Assembly (NCBI GenBank): GCA_000934665.2
Contig: JYFJ02003558.1
Location: 1-40,189, forward strand
Direction of reading: 5' to 3'
DNA length: 40,189 bases
Source of the DNA: Catajapyx aquilonaris
Taxonomy: Eukaryota
A model generated the notes under the pieces. It saw only the letters and a program-made list of their open reading frames with translations, made no database searches and was not told the DNA's origin. Position numbers and translations under genes: made by a program. This document shows, piece after piece, positions 1 to 10,928 of this stretch (its first letter is position 1; each line of letters starts with the position of its first letter).

Positions 1-336
1 AGTACAAGGGCATGCCACACTTCTCCTGTGGCGCGGGGGAGCGCCCGTCTGTGATTGGCCGGATAGAAGAGCCATGTTCCTCTGGCCAGACGTTTGTATT
101 ATGTCAGTTAAATCCTCGGTTAAATCAAATGGTTAAATGTTCCACGTGGTTTTTAAGCTAAGATATCGTATATGCCACACTTCAGGCTACATTTCTTCTT
201 TGTGAATTTCACGGAATATATTCGAGTAATTCGTGACAAGCACTTCCCGGTTTTTTGGCCTCTTTTTGAATGCTTTTGGAAAAACAGTTAGGTAAAAAAT
301 GTTCATATTTTAATCAGTCAAGAGAACTGCGAAGGA

Positions 337-530
337 GGGTTGCCACGGGCGGCGCTAGTCTCCGTACTCAAGACGAGTGGCGCCAATCATAGCGGGGATA
401 TTCTGTACCAGACATAGAGGCGTCAGCAGTCAGCATCCGGTGCGTGATGATGCAATATGGTTCAGAATCTCCCACGAAGTAAGGCGCCACTCGTCTTGGG
501 TACCAAGACCAGCTCCGGCCGTGGCAACCC
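337..530. mobile_element. Short MITE with ~48-bp imperfect TIRs (hAT-like GGGTTGCCA end)
   Basis: gggttgccacgg...ctcaagacgagtggcgcc (337-384) pairs with ggcgccactcgtcttggg...ccgtggcaaccc (483-530). Confidence 0.7.
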
Positions 531-647
531 CCGGTTGGAGCAGAGCTAAGCTCATAGAGCAATGTATACTGGTCTAGGGAGTGTCACTACCAACTCTATA
601 GTAACATTGACAGTAACACTATAATTATAAAGCTTGAGGGCACTTAA

Positions 648-931
648 GGAAAACGTCTGGGGACAGCTGAACTTCACAGCTATCGGGCCAATCAGAGACG
701 GGCATCCCCAGCGCCACAGGAGAAGTGGCGGAGTCGCGGAGAAGATAGGTCTGCATGGCTGAAGATAGGTCTGTATCCGCAAGGAAGGAAGGTTAGGCTT
801 GGTTAGGTTAGGTTGGCAGCATACCCCTTCCAAAATCCAAAAAATCAATCCTTGCATAGTGTGGCGCTGTGGATGCCCGTCTCTGATTGGCCCGATAACT
901 GTGAGGTTCAGCTGTCCCCAGACGTTTGTCC
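648..931. mobile_element. MITE with ~70-bp TIRs and internal (GGTTA)n; related arm at ~28-97
   Basis: aaacgtctggggacagctgaac...cagcgccac pairs with gtggcgctg...cagctgtccccagacgttt; a diverged right arm (gcccgtctgtgattggcc...ccagacgtttgt) is at the window start. Confidence 0.8.
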
Positions 932-1369
932 CGTTTGTCACTTGAGGGGGTAGCAATATGGCCGACATCTGCGATGTTGCCAAGGCTTTGGAAGGCTACA
1001 GGTGTGAATTTGGCCCTTGAGGAGTAACTGTGGCAACGTTGTTGTCGGAACAATGGACATGCGCGAACTGTGATGCGCACTCGGTTGCACTCGTAAAAAA
1101 TCAGCTATAACAGAAGGGAGTGTCCGATTGTTGACAGTGTTTACTAATTTTGCTGCATTTTGATGGCATCTCCATGGAACAACGAAAAGGAAGACAGTTT
1201 CAGAAAAAAAATCCGAGAAAAAAGCCATAGTGCCAATCAGGAAACAGAAAAGGGCCAAAAATTAAATTTGTGCTCACACTTGTGACTTGTGCCATACTTA
1301 AATCAGACCCACAACCCTTTCCTTTCCCACTCTACCCCGCCCCCTGCCACCCCTTCTCGTCCCCCTCAC

Positions 1370-1400
1370 GGGGGCGCGCCCCACCGGTTGAGAAGCGCTG
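1370..1400 (-). mobile_element. Terminus of a hAT MITE, same family as the element starting at 1745, opposite orientation
   Basis: gggggcgcgccccaccggttgagaagcgctg is near the reverse complement of 1745-1775; the other end was not located. Confidence 0.6.
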
Positions 1401-2223
1401 GTCTACTGGCAGGGCCACCCAAGTTGGACAGTTCTTTGGGATAGGAGACATACTAGACAGATACCAGTCGATTTCCTCTCTTCTTTTACCTCTTCCTTTC
1501 TGTCTCCATCTGTCCTACCCTTTATGTCTTCTCATAGCCAGATACCCATAGTTGCTTTGGCTCCTACCTAATAAACCTAAACCCTGACCCATGCTGCTTC
1601 TTAAGTGTATGTGTTTAAGGGTTTCACTTTGGAAAATGATTGTTCTGCACTTGCAACTGCCACAGGTACAGTCAAAAACTTCTTTCCTCTTCTTCCTTTT
1701 CTAGGGTATACTCATAACCTGGCTACAACTGACACTGCTTACAGCAGCGGTCATCAACCGGTGGGGCGCGCCCCCCCTGGGCGGGGGGGAATCCAAAAAT
1801 GATGTGACTCGAAACAGGCGCAAAAGTCCCACTGATTAGGTAAGTACAGTACCTCTGTACATTCCTAAACTACTTACTGGACTCGACTGGACTACTTCCT
1901 AGTAGTGAAGTAGTCATAGTGCTGTCGTTAGTGCCTAGTTGAGTGGGGGATTGGGTGGCAGGGGGGGGGGGGGGGNGGGGGGGGGATTCCTCTCCACGGG
2001 GACCCTATCTGGCATAGGTTGAGAACCGCTCAGTGGCGTAACAAGATTCTTGGGGGCCCTTGTGCAGAAAGGTACGCTGGGCCCCCTCCACTTCATCCTT
2101 CGTCCTGCGCTTATCACTAGTAGGCTACCTTACACATTAGGCCTACATCACTTTCTGTAACATGCCAATATCAATTGTCAGTGTAGATTTATAGAAGGAT
2201 AACGAAGTAATGGGATAAAAATT

Positions 2224-2768
2224 CAGTTGACTCACGATATAACATACTTCAAGGGACGCTGAAAGAAGTATATTATAACCAAGGTATCTTATAGCCAAAT
2301 CACTTTTGCAACAAATACATAAAATTTTATGATTTCCATATGCTTACAATGCCTACTACTGCATAAATTAATGAAACTATCCACGAAATGTGTAATTAGC
2401 TCAACCGTAAATTACGCAGGACAAAAAGAGCAATTGTAATTTTCCTCTGCCGCTCCCTTGGCAAATATACCAGAAAAAGTATACTTTTGAGTAGCTTATA
2501 GATCAGTGACAGATGAGAAAATCATCGCCACTCCAGTATTCTCTGCTCGATTCTCTGCCTTACTGCGCATGGGAAAGGAAGATGAATAATCAAAAACAGT
2601 ATATTTTCCTTTCAAGGGCCAAGAAATTGTCTGTTATAGCCAAGGTGAGGTGAAAATGAGTCTGTTACAGTATATCAGGAGTAAACATCCACAATGTCTT
2701 ACGGAATTATGTCGGGACTGGCCTTTCGAGTCTGTTATAGCCAAGGCTGTTATATCCGGATTGAATTG
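2224..2768. mobile_element. Degraded pogo/Tigger-like MITE nested in element B
   Basis: Left cagttgactcacgatataac, right gttatatccggattgaattg+ta; repeated subterminal ttatagccaa motifs. Confidence 0.6.
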
Positions 2769-2804
2769 TACATGGGTCTACTCACCGAGGAAGCTGTCAC
2801 TATA

Positions 2805-2982
2805 TAGATGTTTTTTTCGTGCCTTTTCTTCAGCAAAATTATCAAGTGCCATCCTTGCCAGAGCGTTTTAGATGCTCAGAATAGCGAGTTCACCAAGTCT
2901 TTCCCCTGACATGGTACTTCGATGATACTTAGTTCTTAATTAGCTTCAATTTCGAAAATGAGCGCTCCGCGGTTGCCACAGT
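2805..2982 (-). pseudogene. hAT transposase C-terminal dimerisation-domain remnant
   Basis: Minus strand reads TVATAERSFSKLKLIKN /frameshift/ KYHRSTMSGERLGELAILSI*NALARMALDNFAEEKARKK, the AERSFSKLK...RSTM..ERL..LA motif of the hAT dimerisation domain. Confidence 0.88.
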
Positions 2983-3264
2983 CTTAGGCCACATCCCACA
3001 TGTTGGTCCAATTCATTCAGCTATGACGTATCTCACTTATTTTCACCAGGGTCTCCAGAGGCCATGATATAAGACTAATAAGAGACCCCAGTATCGGCAA
3101 CATGAGTCATTATGCATTACTATTACTTTGATGATTTCTCATTTCCCTTTTTCTGTCACACTGATTACTGACACTGTGACAGCAAGTTTCACAGTGAGAT
3201 AGTGGGGCCCTGGATCGAACCCGCTTTCTTACGTCTACTAGAATTACATACCTTACGTTATAGG

Positions 3265-3566
3265 CAGCGCCGGATTTACCCCCCNNNNNNNNCCCCCCCC
3301 AAGCCTGATGCTTAAACATGCAAAAAAAATTGTGTTCTCTCCGTAATTTAATGTTATTTTATTTTAAAATAATATATTGAAAGTTATAGCCGCCCTTCGG
3401 CAATTACCTTTTCTGCCTGTAGTGGTAAATCAAGCTCTCAAAAATTCGATTTTCTTTGTGACCTCGCCTTAATTTCCTGTTATTGTATTTAAGAAATATT
3501 TTTTATTGCAACTCGCGGCCGCCCCTAGGCCAGTGCTTACTGTGCCTAATGGGAAATCCGCCGCTG
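3265..3566. mobile_element. hAT MITE (element C) nested in element B
   Basis: TIRs cagcgccggattt / aaatccgccgctg; perfect 8-bp TSD gttatagg at 3257-3264 and 3567-3574; contains an N gap within a poly-C run. Confidence 0.88.
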
Positions 3567-3931
3567 GTTATAGGCATATTATGGGTTTGTGGGTTTCTTC
3601 CCATTTTTCTAAAACTCAACGGAGAATTCGGGGGCCCTTGTGGAGTCGCACCACCTGCACTTATGGTAGTTATACCCCTGGAACCGCTGCATTACAGCAA
3701 AGGGTCACTTCTGAAGAGGTACTCTTGTAACTGCAATTTTGGTATCATTGATAAATGATAATGTTGAATGTCACTGCTGACACTTGGTTGCCATGGTAAC
3801 TCCTTGCCACACAAAACATGTTGCAACATGAAACCAAACCTGAGAAAACAAACAAACTTTGCCTCATATGCACTGTGTGAATGAAATAAGCACGCATTTT
3901 TTTGATGAATGATACCGTATTACCTCTCATA

Positions 3932-4216
3932 ATAATATCATACCCCATTGAAGCCGTTCTGGCTTTTTAGGGGGGAGATTTGTTTTTTTGACTGGAACTC
4001 TTGTAAACTTTATTTCGCTTTTTGGGACGGGATAGGGATGGAAGGAAGCGGCTGTGGCCTATTAACTAGGAAACAACTCCGGTATTCACCTGGAGGAACC
4101 GTGGGAAACCACAGAAAACCACGGTCAGAGTTGCCGGCACCGGGATTCGAACCTCGAACCCAGGACCTCCCGATTAGCAGGCGGACTCCATATCCACTAC
4201 ACCAACCTGCTTCGGT
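3932..4216 (-). mobile_element. tRNA-derived SINE, family 1
   Basis: Box B (GGTTCGA) and tRNA-like head on the minus strand; homologous to 21459-21750 and to the 5' half of 6266-6670; 15-bp TSD gtattacctctcata (3917-3931, 4217-4231). Confidence 0.9.
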
Positions 4217-4363
4217 GTATTACCTCTCATATTGCGGCACACCGGTATAAAACGAGGTCGACCAGCATGCCGGTATAACCCGGGTGTCCGGCATGCTGTA
4301 ATACCCAAGGTAGATTTCCATAATTTTGATCCTTGTCAAATTTTTTCTAATGCACCTGATACT

Positions 4364-4572
4364 TTAATGGGGGCTTAACGTCGGCCTATTTCTGCCGCTA
4401 AGGCTCAACACCGACGCCAGGGGGTGCGGGTGGTCCTCCTCCTGGAAATTTTGCCACTCTGGGGATCTTTAACGTCACAAGCACACGGGACCGACGGCTT
4501 TACTTCCCCTCTGAAGGAAGGCGCACTCTCACTTTTCTATCACCGACCTCGGCCGGGTTCGAACCCACATCT
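4364..4572 (-). mobile_element. 5'-truncated tRNA SINE with a MetaSINE-like central domain
   Basis: Sense strand GGGTTCGAACCC (box B)...GTAAAGCCGTCGGTCCCGTGTGC...ACGTTAAAGATCCC...GACGTTAAGCCCC; 14-bp TSD atgcacctgatact (4350-4363, 4573-4586); the domain name is from memory. Confidence 0.82.
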
Positions 4573-5531
4573 ATGCACCTGATACTGTCCTAAAATCATG
4601 TTATGGTGAAAAATGTGCGAGTACACACAGGGCTGTGAGAATTGCAAGTTCATCTGTTGCACAGGGCATAGAGTGTGACCAATCCGACTGTCAGCCTGCT
4701 CTGAGAGGGGAACCCCCCGAAATATGAGAAAGGATCTGCAAAGGATCAACGCAAATTCCTTCAGTCCTTCGTTTGGGCTATCAATACTTCGCTGGTCGCA
4801 GATCTCGTTGGTAGTCAGAGGATTGATTTGTGTAGTGGTATCAATTTGTCTGAGAAGCCTTGTCACTCAGTGAATAAAATCCAAACCAAACCGTATGAAA
4901 TAACCTTGTAGGTATGCTTCCCTTCTAGCTGCCTTGCACTTTTAATTTAATACGTTTCCGTAAAATTTGAACTTAACGAACGATCTTATGGGATATGTCA
5001 GTCAATAGAAGTGTCCTGGGCTGTATGCGTACCGTACAACATGGTGTAATGCATTCATTTGAGTAATGATAATGTTCAAAGAGATTGTAAGAAAACCTCG
5101 CCTTATACAGGCATACCTCGCTTAGATCGGCATACCTCGCTTAGATCGGCATGCCGGTATAGCCACCAGCTCGTGCATTTCTAAAAACTGGTCGACCTCG
5201 CCTACACCCCGCTTGCCGCAATATGAGAGGTAATACGGTAAGACTCAAAAGAAACATGTTTTGCCAATAAACTTGGTGCCACAGATGCATCGTTAAGTCA
5301 GAAAATGAGGGTTTGTCATCTGTCATACAAACATGTCATACCCTTAGTAATACCATGGTAACCATACTATACAGTGTGTCCAAATGAAATGGTGACGCAG
5401 CGTTGTAGGACACCCTTGGCATGATATAAAAAAGCCAAGTGTGCCTATTTGTTACTGGTTCCATACTCGAATTCACCTATGAGTTACGTGTGTATGATGT
5501 CAGGTGATCTTGAACTGGAATTTTTGATAAC

Positions 5532-5948
5532 TAGTAGGGTGAGTCGTGTGCCCTCATGACATGAGCCTTTGTCGCATGACCAGATGTCCACCAGGTCTCG
5601 CAAATCGTAAGAAGTGACTACTGTTGTGTTGGGACAAACGAGTAGATAGAAATTGTTTTGTTGCTGTTTGTTTTTCTAAAATTTACAGCTAATTCTGCAA
5701 TACCTCAGGTGCTGCAGTCACGTTTGAAAACCCTGTGTGCTTCTTGCAAGAGGCTCTCAACTTCACTGTGGAGGTCTAGGTCTTAGACTTGAACAATCCA
5801 GAAAGGTGTTGGAGGTGGTGTTGGAGGTGGTGTTGGAGGTCGTATCAGGTCGCTACTCGTTCGTCCCAACAGTGGTCACTTCTTGCTATTTGAGGGACCT
5901 GGTAGATATCGGGTTGTGCATTGGACGGACACATGACTCACCCTGCTA
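5532..5948. mobile_element. Degraded MITE with ~100-bp imperfect inverted arms
   Basis: agggtgagtcgtgtg...agaagtgactactgttg...gggacaaacgagtag pairs with ctactcgttcgtccc...agtggtcacttct...cacatgactcaccct; internal 12-bp tandem (ggtgttggaggt)x3 at ~5804-5840. Confidence 0.7.
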
Positions 5949-6265
5949 GCTGTCAAAAACTCCTGTTCGAGAGCGCCTCACTTCATACATTATGTAATTC
6001 ACAGGTTAAGTCTAGTACGGCACCAGTAACAAATAGGCACACTCTGCTTTTATATACTGTACATGCCAGTGGTGTGTGCTGCAATGCTCATCACCTTTTC
6101 ATTTGGACAACGCATATACTACAACAGTTGACGGTTTTGCAACCTGTCACACACACAGGTCTAAATATTGGTTACCATGGTGGTTATCTTGGTATTAGTA
6201 TGGTTGCTACTTGCTAAGGATGTGACCATTAAGAGTTCTGCTATAATATACATATCTAGCGAAAT

Positions 6266-6670
6266 AACCGAAGCAGTAGTGATGGAGTGGATATGGTGTC
6301 CGGCTGCTAATCGGGAGGTCCTGGGTTCGAGTCCCGGAGGCTGGCGATCCTGACCTTGGTTTTCTGTGATTTTCCAAGGTCGCCACAGGAAAAATTCCGG
6401 GATCGTACCATAAAATAGGCCACAACCGCTTCCTTCCCTTGCCTGCCCTAGAGGAGGTGCGGTGTCGGTGGGGATGTCTGATCCGCACCTAGGGGGTCAT
6501 CTTGGCGAACGGGCCCCCTGAGGGACTGCACACAACCCCCAGCTTGATGACATTGCACTTGCACCAGTGTCCCCCCCTCATTATCCCTATCCTGTCCCCT
6601 GCAGCGATGGTGGTATTCCACTCCACTAAGAGGGCCTAGGGCCCTAGCACGGGGTATAACCAAAAAAAAA
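6266..6670 (+). mobile_element. tRNA-derived SINE, family-1 head with a different, longer GC-rich 3' body
   Basis: Head accgaagcag...ggttcgagtccc; A-rich tail; TSD ctagcgaaat / ctagcaaaat (6256-6265, 6671-6680). Confidence 0.85.
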
Positions 6671-6824
6671 CTAGCAAAATGACTCCTTATCCTTTCCCCT
6701 TTCCCCAGCAGAGGTAGGCCACCATCTTTACTTTGGTCAAGATCGATTGTTGACACTTCACTTCTGTTGCTATGCGATGGCATGTCCATGGAACTGCATA
6801 CATTTTTTGAGGGTAAATCTTTAA

Positions 6825-7107
6825 CCCTGGAACCGTGATGTCGGGTCTTTTAGGACCCCAAAGGAATTAAAATGCATTAAAATGATAATACAATGAACTG
6901 TTTGCCATTTTTTTCAAGTATATAACAGGAAGTGCATGTTTATTTTGAATTAGCGATCATTTTAGACATTGTTCAAAGAATGATTGCATATAGTCAATAT
7001 ATTGAAAAGTATTACATAAAAATTAATAAAAATTAAAATATGGATGGGGTCCTACAAGACCCCAGGTCACGGTTGCCGTAACTTTCAGGCACGTCACGGT
7101 TCCAGGG
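6825..7107. mobile_element. piggyBac-type MITE (TTAA)
   Basis: ttaa|ccctggaaccgtga ... tcacggttccaggg|ttaa; subterminal GGGTC-N-GACCCC motifs. Confidence 0.88.
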
Positions 7108-9456
7108 TTAAGGGTCTATATATCTATAACCTCAATCAATACCACTTGACACATCAGCCTGAGATTTGGAATTGTTCCTTACACCCATGATAGCATTCGG
7201 TACACCAAATTTTGTTACGCTATGAAAAGGTCACTATGACACTCTGTGTCTTGTCATACGGATTGAACTATTATGGTAGAGAAATTTTTAACATATATGA
7301 ATTTAAGTCCATGATATATAAATATGGTATGTAGTGTTTATGTTTTCATGGCCACAATCTTATGACACTTTCATATAGGTGTAACAATGTATCTGAAACA
7401 ATGTAAGTATTTTACTATTTACAGCACTGGGACAACACATTGCACCCTTGCTCTATATTGATCTATGTGACAGGTTTAGACGGTGAGAAAAATACTTGTG
7501 TGCTACAGCAGGCTTAGGAGTAAAGGTTCGAGACGAAAATATACTAATATTTTTACATAGTAACAGCACCCTATTCATCCCGTCTTACAGTAAATGCTTC
7601 ACACATTATGTTACTCCTACGACATTTTCTAATATCCCATTGCCATTAGGGTTAATTCATTTTGTTATGTAATTCATGATGGCCTACTGATCCTCAACAC
7701 ATACTTTTCATGCTGAAATGCTCACATTTGATACACCACTAGAGGTACAAACAACAAAAACCAGATACAAACCTAGAAGCTCCAAATTCATGGCTGGTTA
7801 TATACCAAACTTCACTGTCACAACACTAGCCCAACCGGCTCAGACAACGGCCTCGTCCTTTCTTTTCTTTGGCCATGAAATGAAAAATAATAATATAAAT
7901 AGGAAAGCTCTGAGGGCCGGAGAAAGTCGCGGAGCCTGACGGCTGACTCCCAAGCTCCCAAGTCCCAACTGGGTATGACTCGTACAACATTACGCGGCCC
8001 CGATTGAGCGTCTGTTCTCTGTAGCAGCTCTGTTAATAGCATATAGCTGGGACCTTCCGATATTATTCTCGCAGAGTTATGAGAGATATTCTGCTAGATC
8101 TCAAAAGCTCCGGGATGATTTGGTTATGCTTTACGAGGCAGCATTTCGATGGCTTCTGAAGCAGACGCTGTGAATTGTAAGGCCATCGGAAGGTTTTAAT
8201 CATCTTTACGTCTCGACGGATTTTCTCTCGGAGTTCTCCAACTTCCCTCCCAGCTCCCACAGTCAAAATCCATCAGCAGCAGCATAGAAATTGAATGAAG
8301 ATGGGTATTTAAAAGAGGATTCTCTAAAAGACGACAGGCCTGTTACGGGGCAACCAATTAAATTATATTTAAAATCATGTCCATTGAATATCGCAAGCTT
8401 TCCTTCCTTGAATGCATACAAGTTGTAATATTATTTTATATCATTGATGCTTCTATATTACATGTAGGATGATAATTATTGCTCCCAGATATAAATATGG
8501 TGAGTCTAAAGCTAGATACCTGCTGTTATATGTAGCTGTTTGCGCCCCAATTGAGGTGCTCAATTATTCTCAGGTGTGACAGAATATAACAGCTGGTGAT
8601 AAAATGACAATTGTTGAGCACCTCGATCGTGCACGGGGCCCAAAAAGCTACACAAAATTATTACAGCTTCAGGGGAATAACTAAAAGGGCCCTAATACAT
8701 GGAACACGGTGTAAATGTTATCAATGGTCTTTATTAAAATACATTTTCGCAATTCCAGAGTCACGGTTCTTATGAAAACCGCAAATGTCATGGTCCTCAG
8801 CCTCAGCTCCTGCTTCAGTGAGATGAAGTATCCAGAAATCATTGCAACACGGAGATACTGTGTGTCACATGGAGACCTCAGAATGTAATTCAATGGCATT
8901 TGCTGGCAGAAACATAAGTGTTGTTACTCGTGGTAAAATAAAATAATATTGTACCTCTGTATTCGAACTATATGCAGTTCTGTAAAATTTTGTCACCCTG
9001 TGGATTTCAGTGGCTCTGCAACCATATAGCCCAATGGGAGGTAAGCAAATCTGAAAATGTCCCGTATGTATACGGGACATTTCCCCGTATACGGGGAAAT
9101 GGGGACTTGTTAGAATCATGCTGTTGGTAAACTCATTTTCTGAAATTTTCGAAGGCAGGTTTTGACCTGCTCGTATAATAAAACATGGCTCCGAGATGGC
9201 TCCGAGTCATGTAAAACTCGACTTATTAGTCATATGCGTGGTCCTAATAGGGTGGTGATACGATCCAATTACATGCCGATATTAAAGGAGTAGAACATTC
9301 GAGAATGTCAGTTGGCAACGTCGCAGAGGTAGTTAAAAAGTGATATAAATACACTAATCATGCCAGATTGCCAGTTCCATGCGATGGAAAAGTTATCCTC
9401 TTGTTGAGAGAGCAAGTGCACGTAGTAATGTGCATACACGCATTAGGCTATTCGTA

Positions 9457-9786
9457 CAGTAGAACCTTGATTATCCTACCTCGGTTTATCCGACCGTCCC
9501 ACTCCGACAATAAAGCTGTGTTTTCTCCTGAAATAACTTATTGTAATGTTCTACGCATTTGTTTGTTCTGCCTAGTTATAAATTGTAAATACAGTATAGT
9601 AGAGTGTGTGTAAAAGATAAATACGTCACTATTTCTTAGAAAACCATAATATTGTGCGTTATTTCATGTTTTCATGTTTTTTGTTGTGTTTCATTAAAGT
9701 TTTTTACTCCTCGGATTATCCGACCTTCTCTGTTACCCTATCCCATGGCCCGTTCCCGTTGGTGACGGATAATCGGGGTTATCCTG
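9457..9786. mobile_element. pogo/Tigger-like MITE (TA TSD)
   Basis: ta|cagtagaaccttgattatcc ... ggataatcggggttatcctg|ta; repeated ttatccgacc motifs. Confidence 0.75.
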
Positions 9787-10895
9787 TAATTGAAAAGTTG
9801 GAAGAGAAAAGGAGCCAGAAAAACATTCCAGAAAATTTTCAGATGAAAGGGAAAACCAAGCCTCAAGGTGCAACAGAAACCATTCAATTTTTTAGATTGC
9901 CTGTTATTCCTTGTCCCCGTTTGGAATTATTGGGAAGTGTGGGTTGAAGTTTTTAACTTACTTTAGACATCAACAACACTAGCTGTTTGCTCAATTCGCG
10001 TAGGTTTTGCAGAGAAAAACAAATTAATTTACACTCCTTCATTTCTTCTACGAGCTCTCTTTGGGCCTCTATTATAGCTTCCCTATACCCAGTTTGGCCT
10101 GTAATAAATTATTCTCTTTCTTGTTCTATATAACAGTGCTGGTTCCCAACTTTTTTTTTCTTCGCGACCCTATAAATCTATAACAATATATTCCTCGACC
10201 CGACCAACTTCCCCTCTTACGACTTTTTAAAATGGCAAGAGCAAAGTTTATCGCGACGAAGATATTTAGGCTAGAGATGAAAACAACAAATTCTTCGAAA
10301 AAATATTTCTTACCAAAAAGGCCAACGAGTATAACAGTTGCATAAAAAACTATTCAACATTAAAGTTAAAACATTATCATTTGACCACTTCAGAATGCAA
10401 AACCAATTTTGACCTGTAACACACAAAGGCCATTTCCGATGAAATGTTGCAAATTACGAGGAAAATGGGTTGCATTTTGTCATTGGGTAAACCAAACAGT
10501 TAAAAAACGAAAAAAGTTCAAATGTAATACTGTAATGGTAAAAATGCAGGTTTTCAACAGATAAAGCCTCATTTTCATATTTTCCGTCATAAACAGCCAG
10601 TTTTCTGCCGAAAAGAGCCACTTTTTTCAAGGCTGTTACGTACTATATAGGCCTACCGGTATATGTATAAGATAGTGGCCCCAAACCATCGTCTACTGAG
10701 GCAACGTAACGGAGTCCCTGATAAAAATCGCCCTACAGAGGTGATTGAACTATATCGTGTACTCCAGAACAGTCATCTTATATCCGCATGGGAAGAAATG
10801 GTAAAACAACCCAGATTTTAGGCACTGTTTAGTTATAGTCACGGTCTAAGAGGTTATAGGCAAACTGGTAATGTTGTAGTTGCACTGCAAGTAAG

Positions 10896-10928
10896 TGAAT
10901 GAATGAATGAATGAATGAATGAATGAAT
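10896..10928. repeat. (TGAA)8 microsatellite
   Basis: Read directly from the sequence. Confidence 0.95.

Larger units (their letters stand above)
2031..3680 (-). mobile_element. Deleted hAT transposon (element B) with transposase remnant
   Basis: TIRs cagtggcgtaac / gttatacccctg; perfect 8-bp TSD gaaccgct at 2023-2030 and 3681-3688; subterminal gggggccc motifs at both ends. Confidence 0.85.
1745..3689. mobile_element. hAT-type MITE (host element A), right TIR interrupted by element B
   Basis: Left TIR cagcggtcatcaacc; right TIR ggttgagaaccgct[insertion]g; flanks gcttacag / cattacag (8-bp TSD, 6/8 match). Confidence 0.75.
3915..5238. mobile_element. pogo/Tigger-like non-autonomous DNA transposon (TA TSD) hosting two SINEs
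   Basis: Left TIR ccgtattacctctcata[SINE]ttgcggca pairs with tgccgcaatatgagaggtaatacgg; TA on both sides; minus-strand LLRQIDT..NPLTTNEICDQ..EGLKEF (~4750-4860) weakly resembles a CENP-B-type HTH. Confidence 0.82.

Noticed and set aside
790..815. (GGTTA)n/(TTAGG)n run resembling the arthropod telomere repeat
   Set aside because: Only about four imperfect units, internal to a MITE.
552..1258. Overlapping minus-strand ORFs of 143, 90 and 106 aa
   Set aside because: They run across MITE arms and simple repeats, several use non-ATG starts, and none has a recognisable domain.
1960..3300. N bases at 1976 and 3285-3292 within G/C homopolymers
   Set aside because: Assembly or sequencing gaps; they only make local element lengths uncertain.
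5804..5840. Short direct repeats (12-bp x3; also 19-bp x2 at ~5112-5152 and ~21-bp x2 at ~34229-34270)
   Set aside because: Head-to-tail tandem duplications inside TEs with no spacers; not CRISPR arrays.
6266..6345. tRNA-like sequences with A/B boxes (also near 4140-4216, 14580-14650, 21064-21135, 21680-21750)
   Set aside because: They continue into SINE bodies with tails and TSDs and lack a clean acceptor stem, so they are SINE heads rather than tRNA genes.
8865..8902. In-frame TGA in an alternative frame (ANAIELHSEVSM*HTVSPCC) suggesting a selenoprotein
   Set aside because: No SECIS-like structure or selenoprotein motif seen, and the exon itself is unproven.
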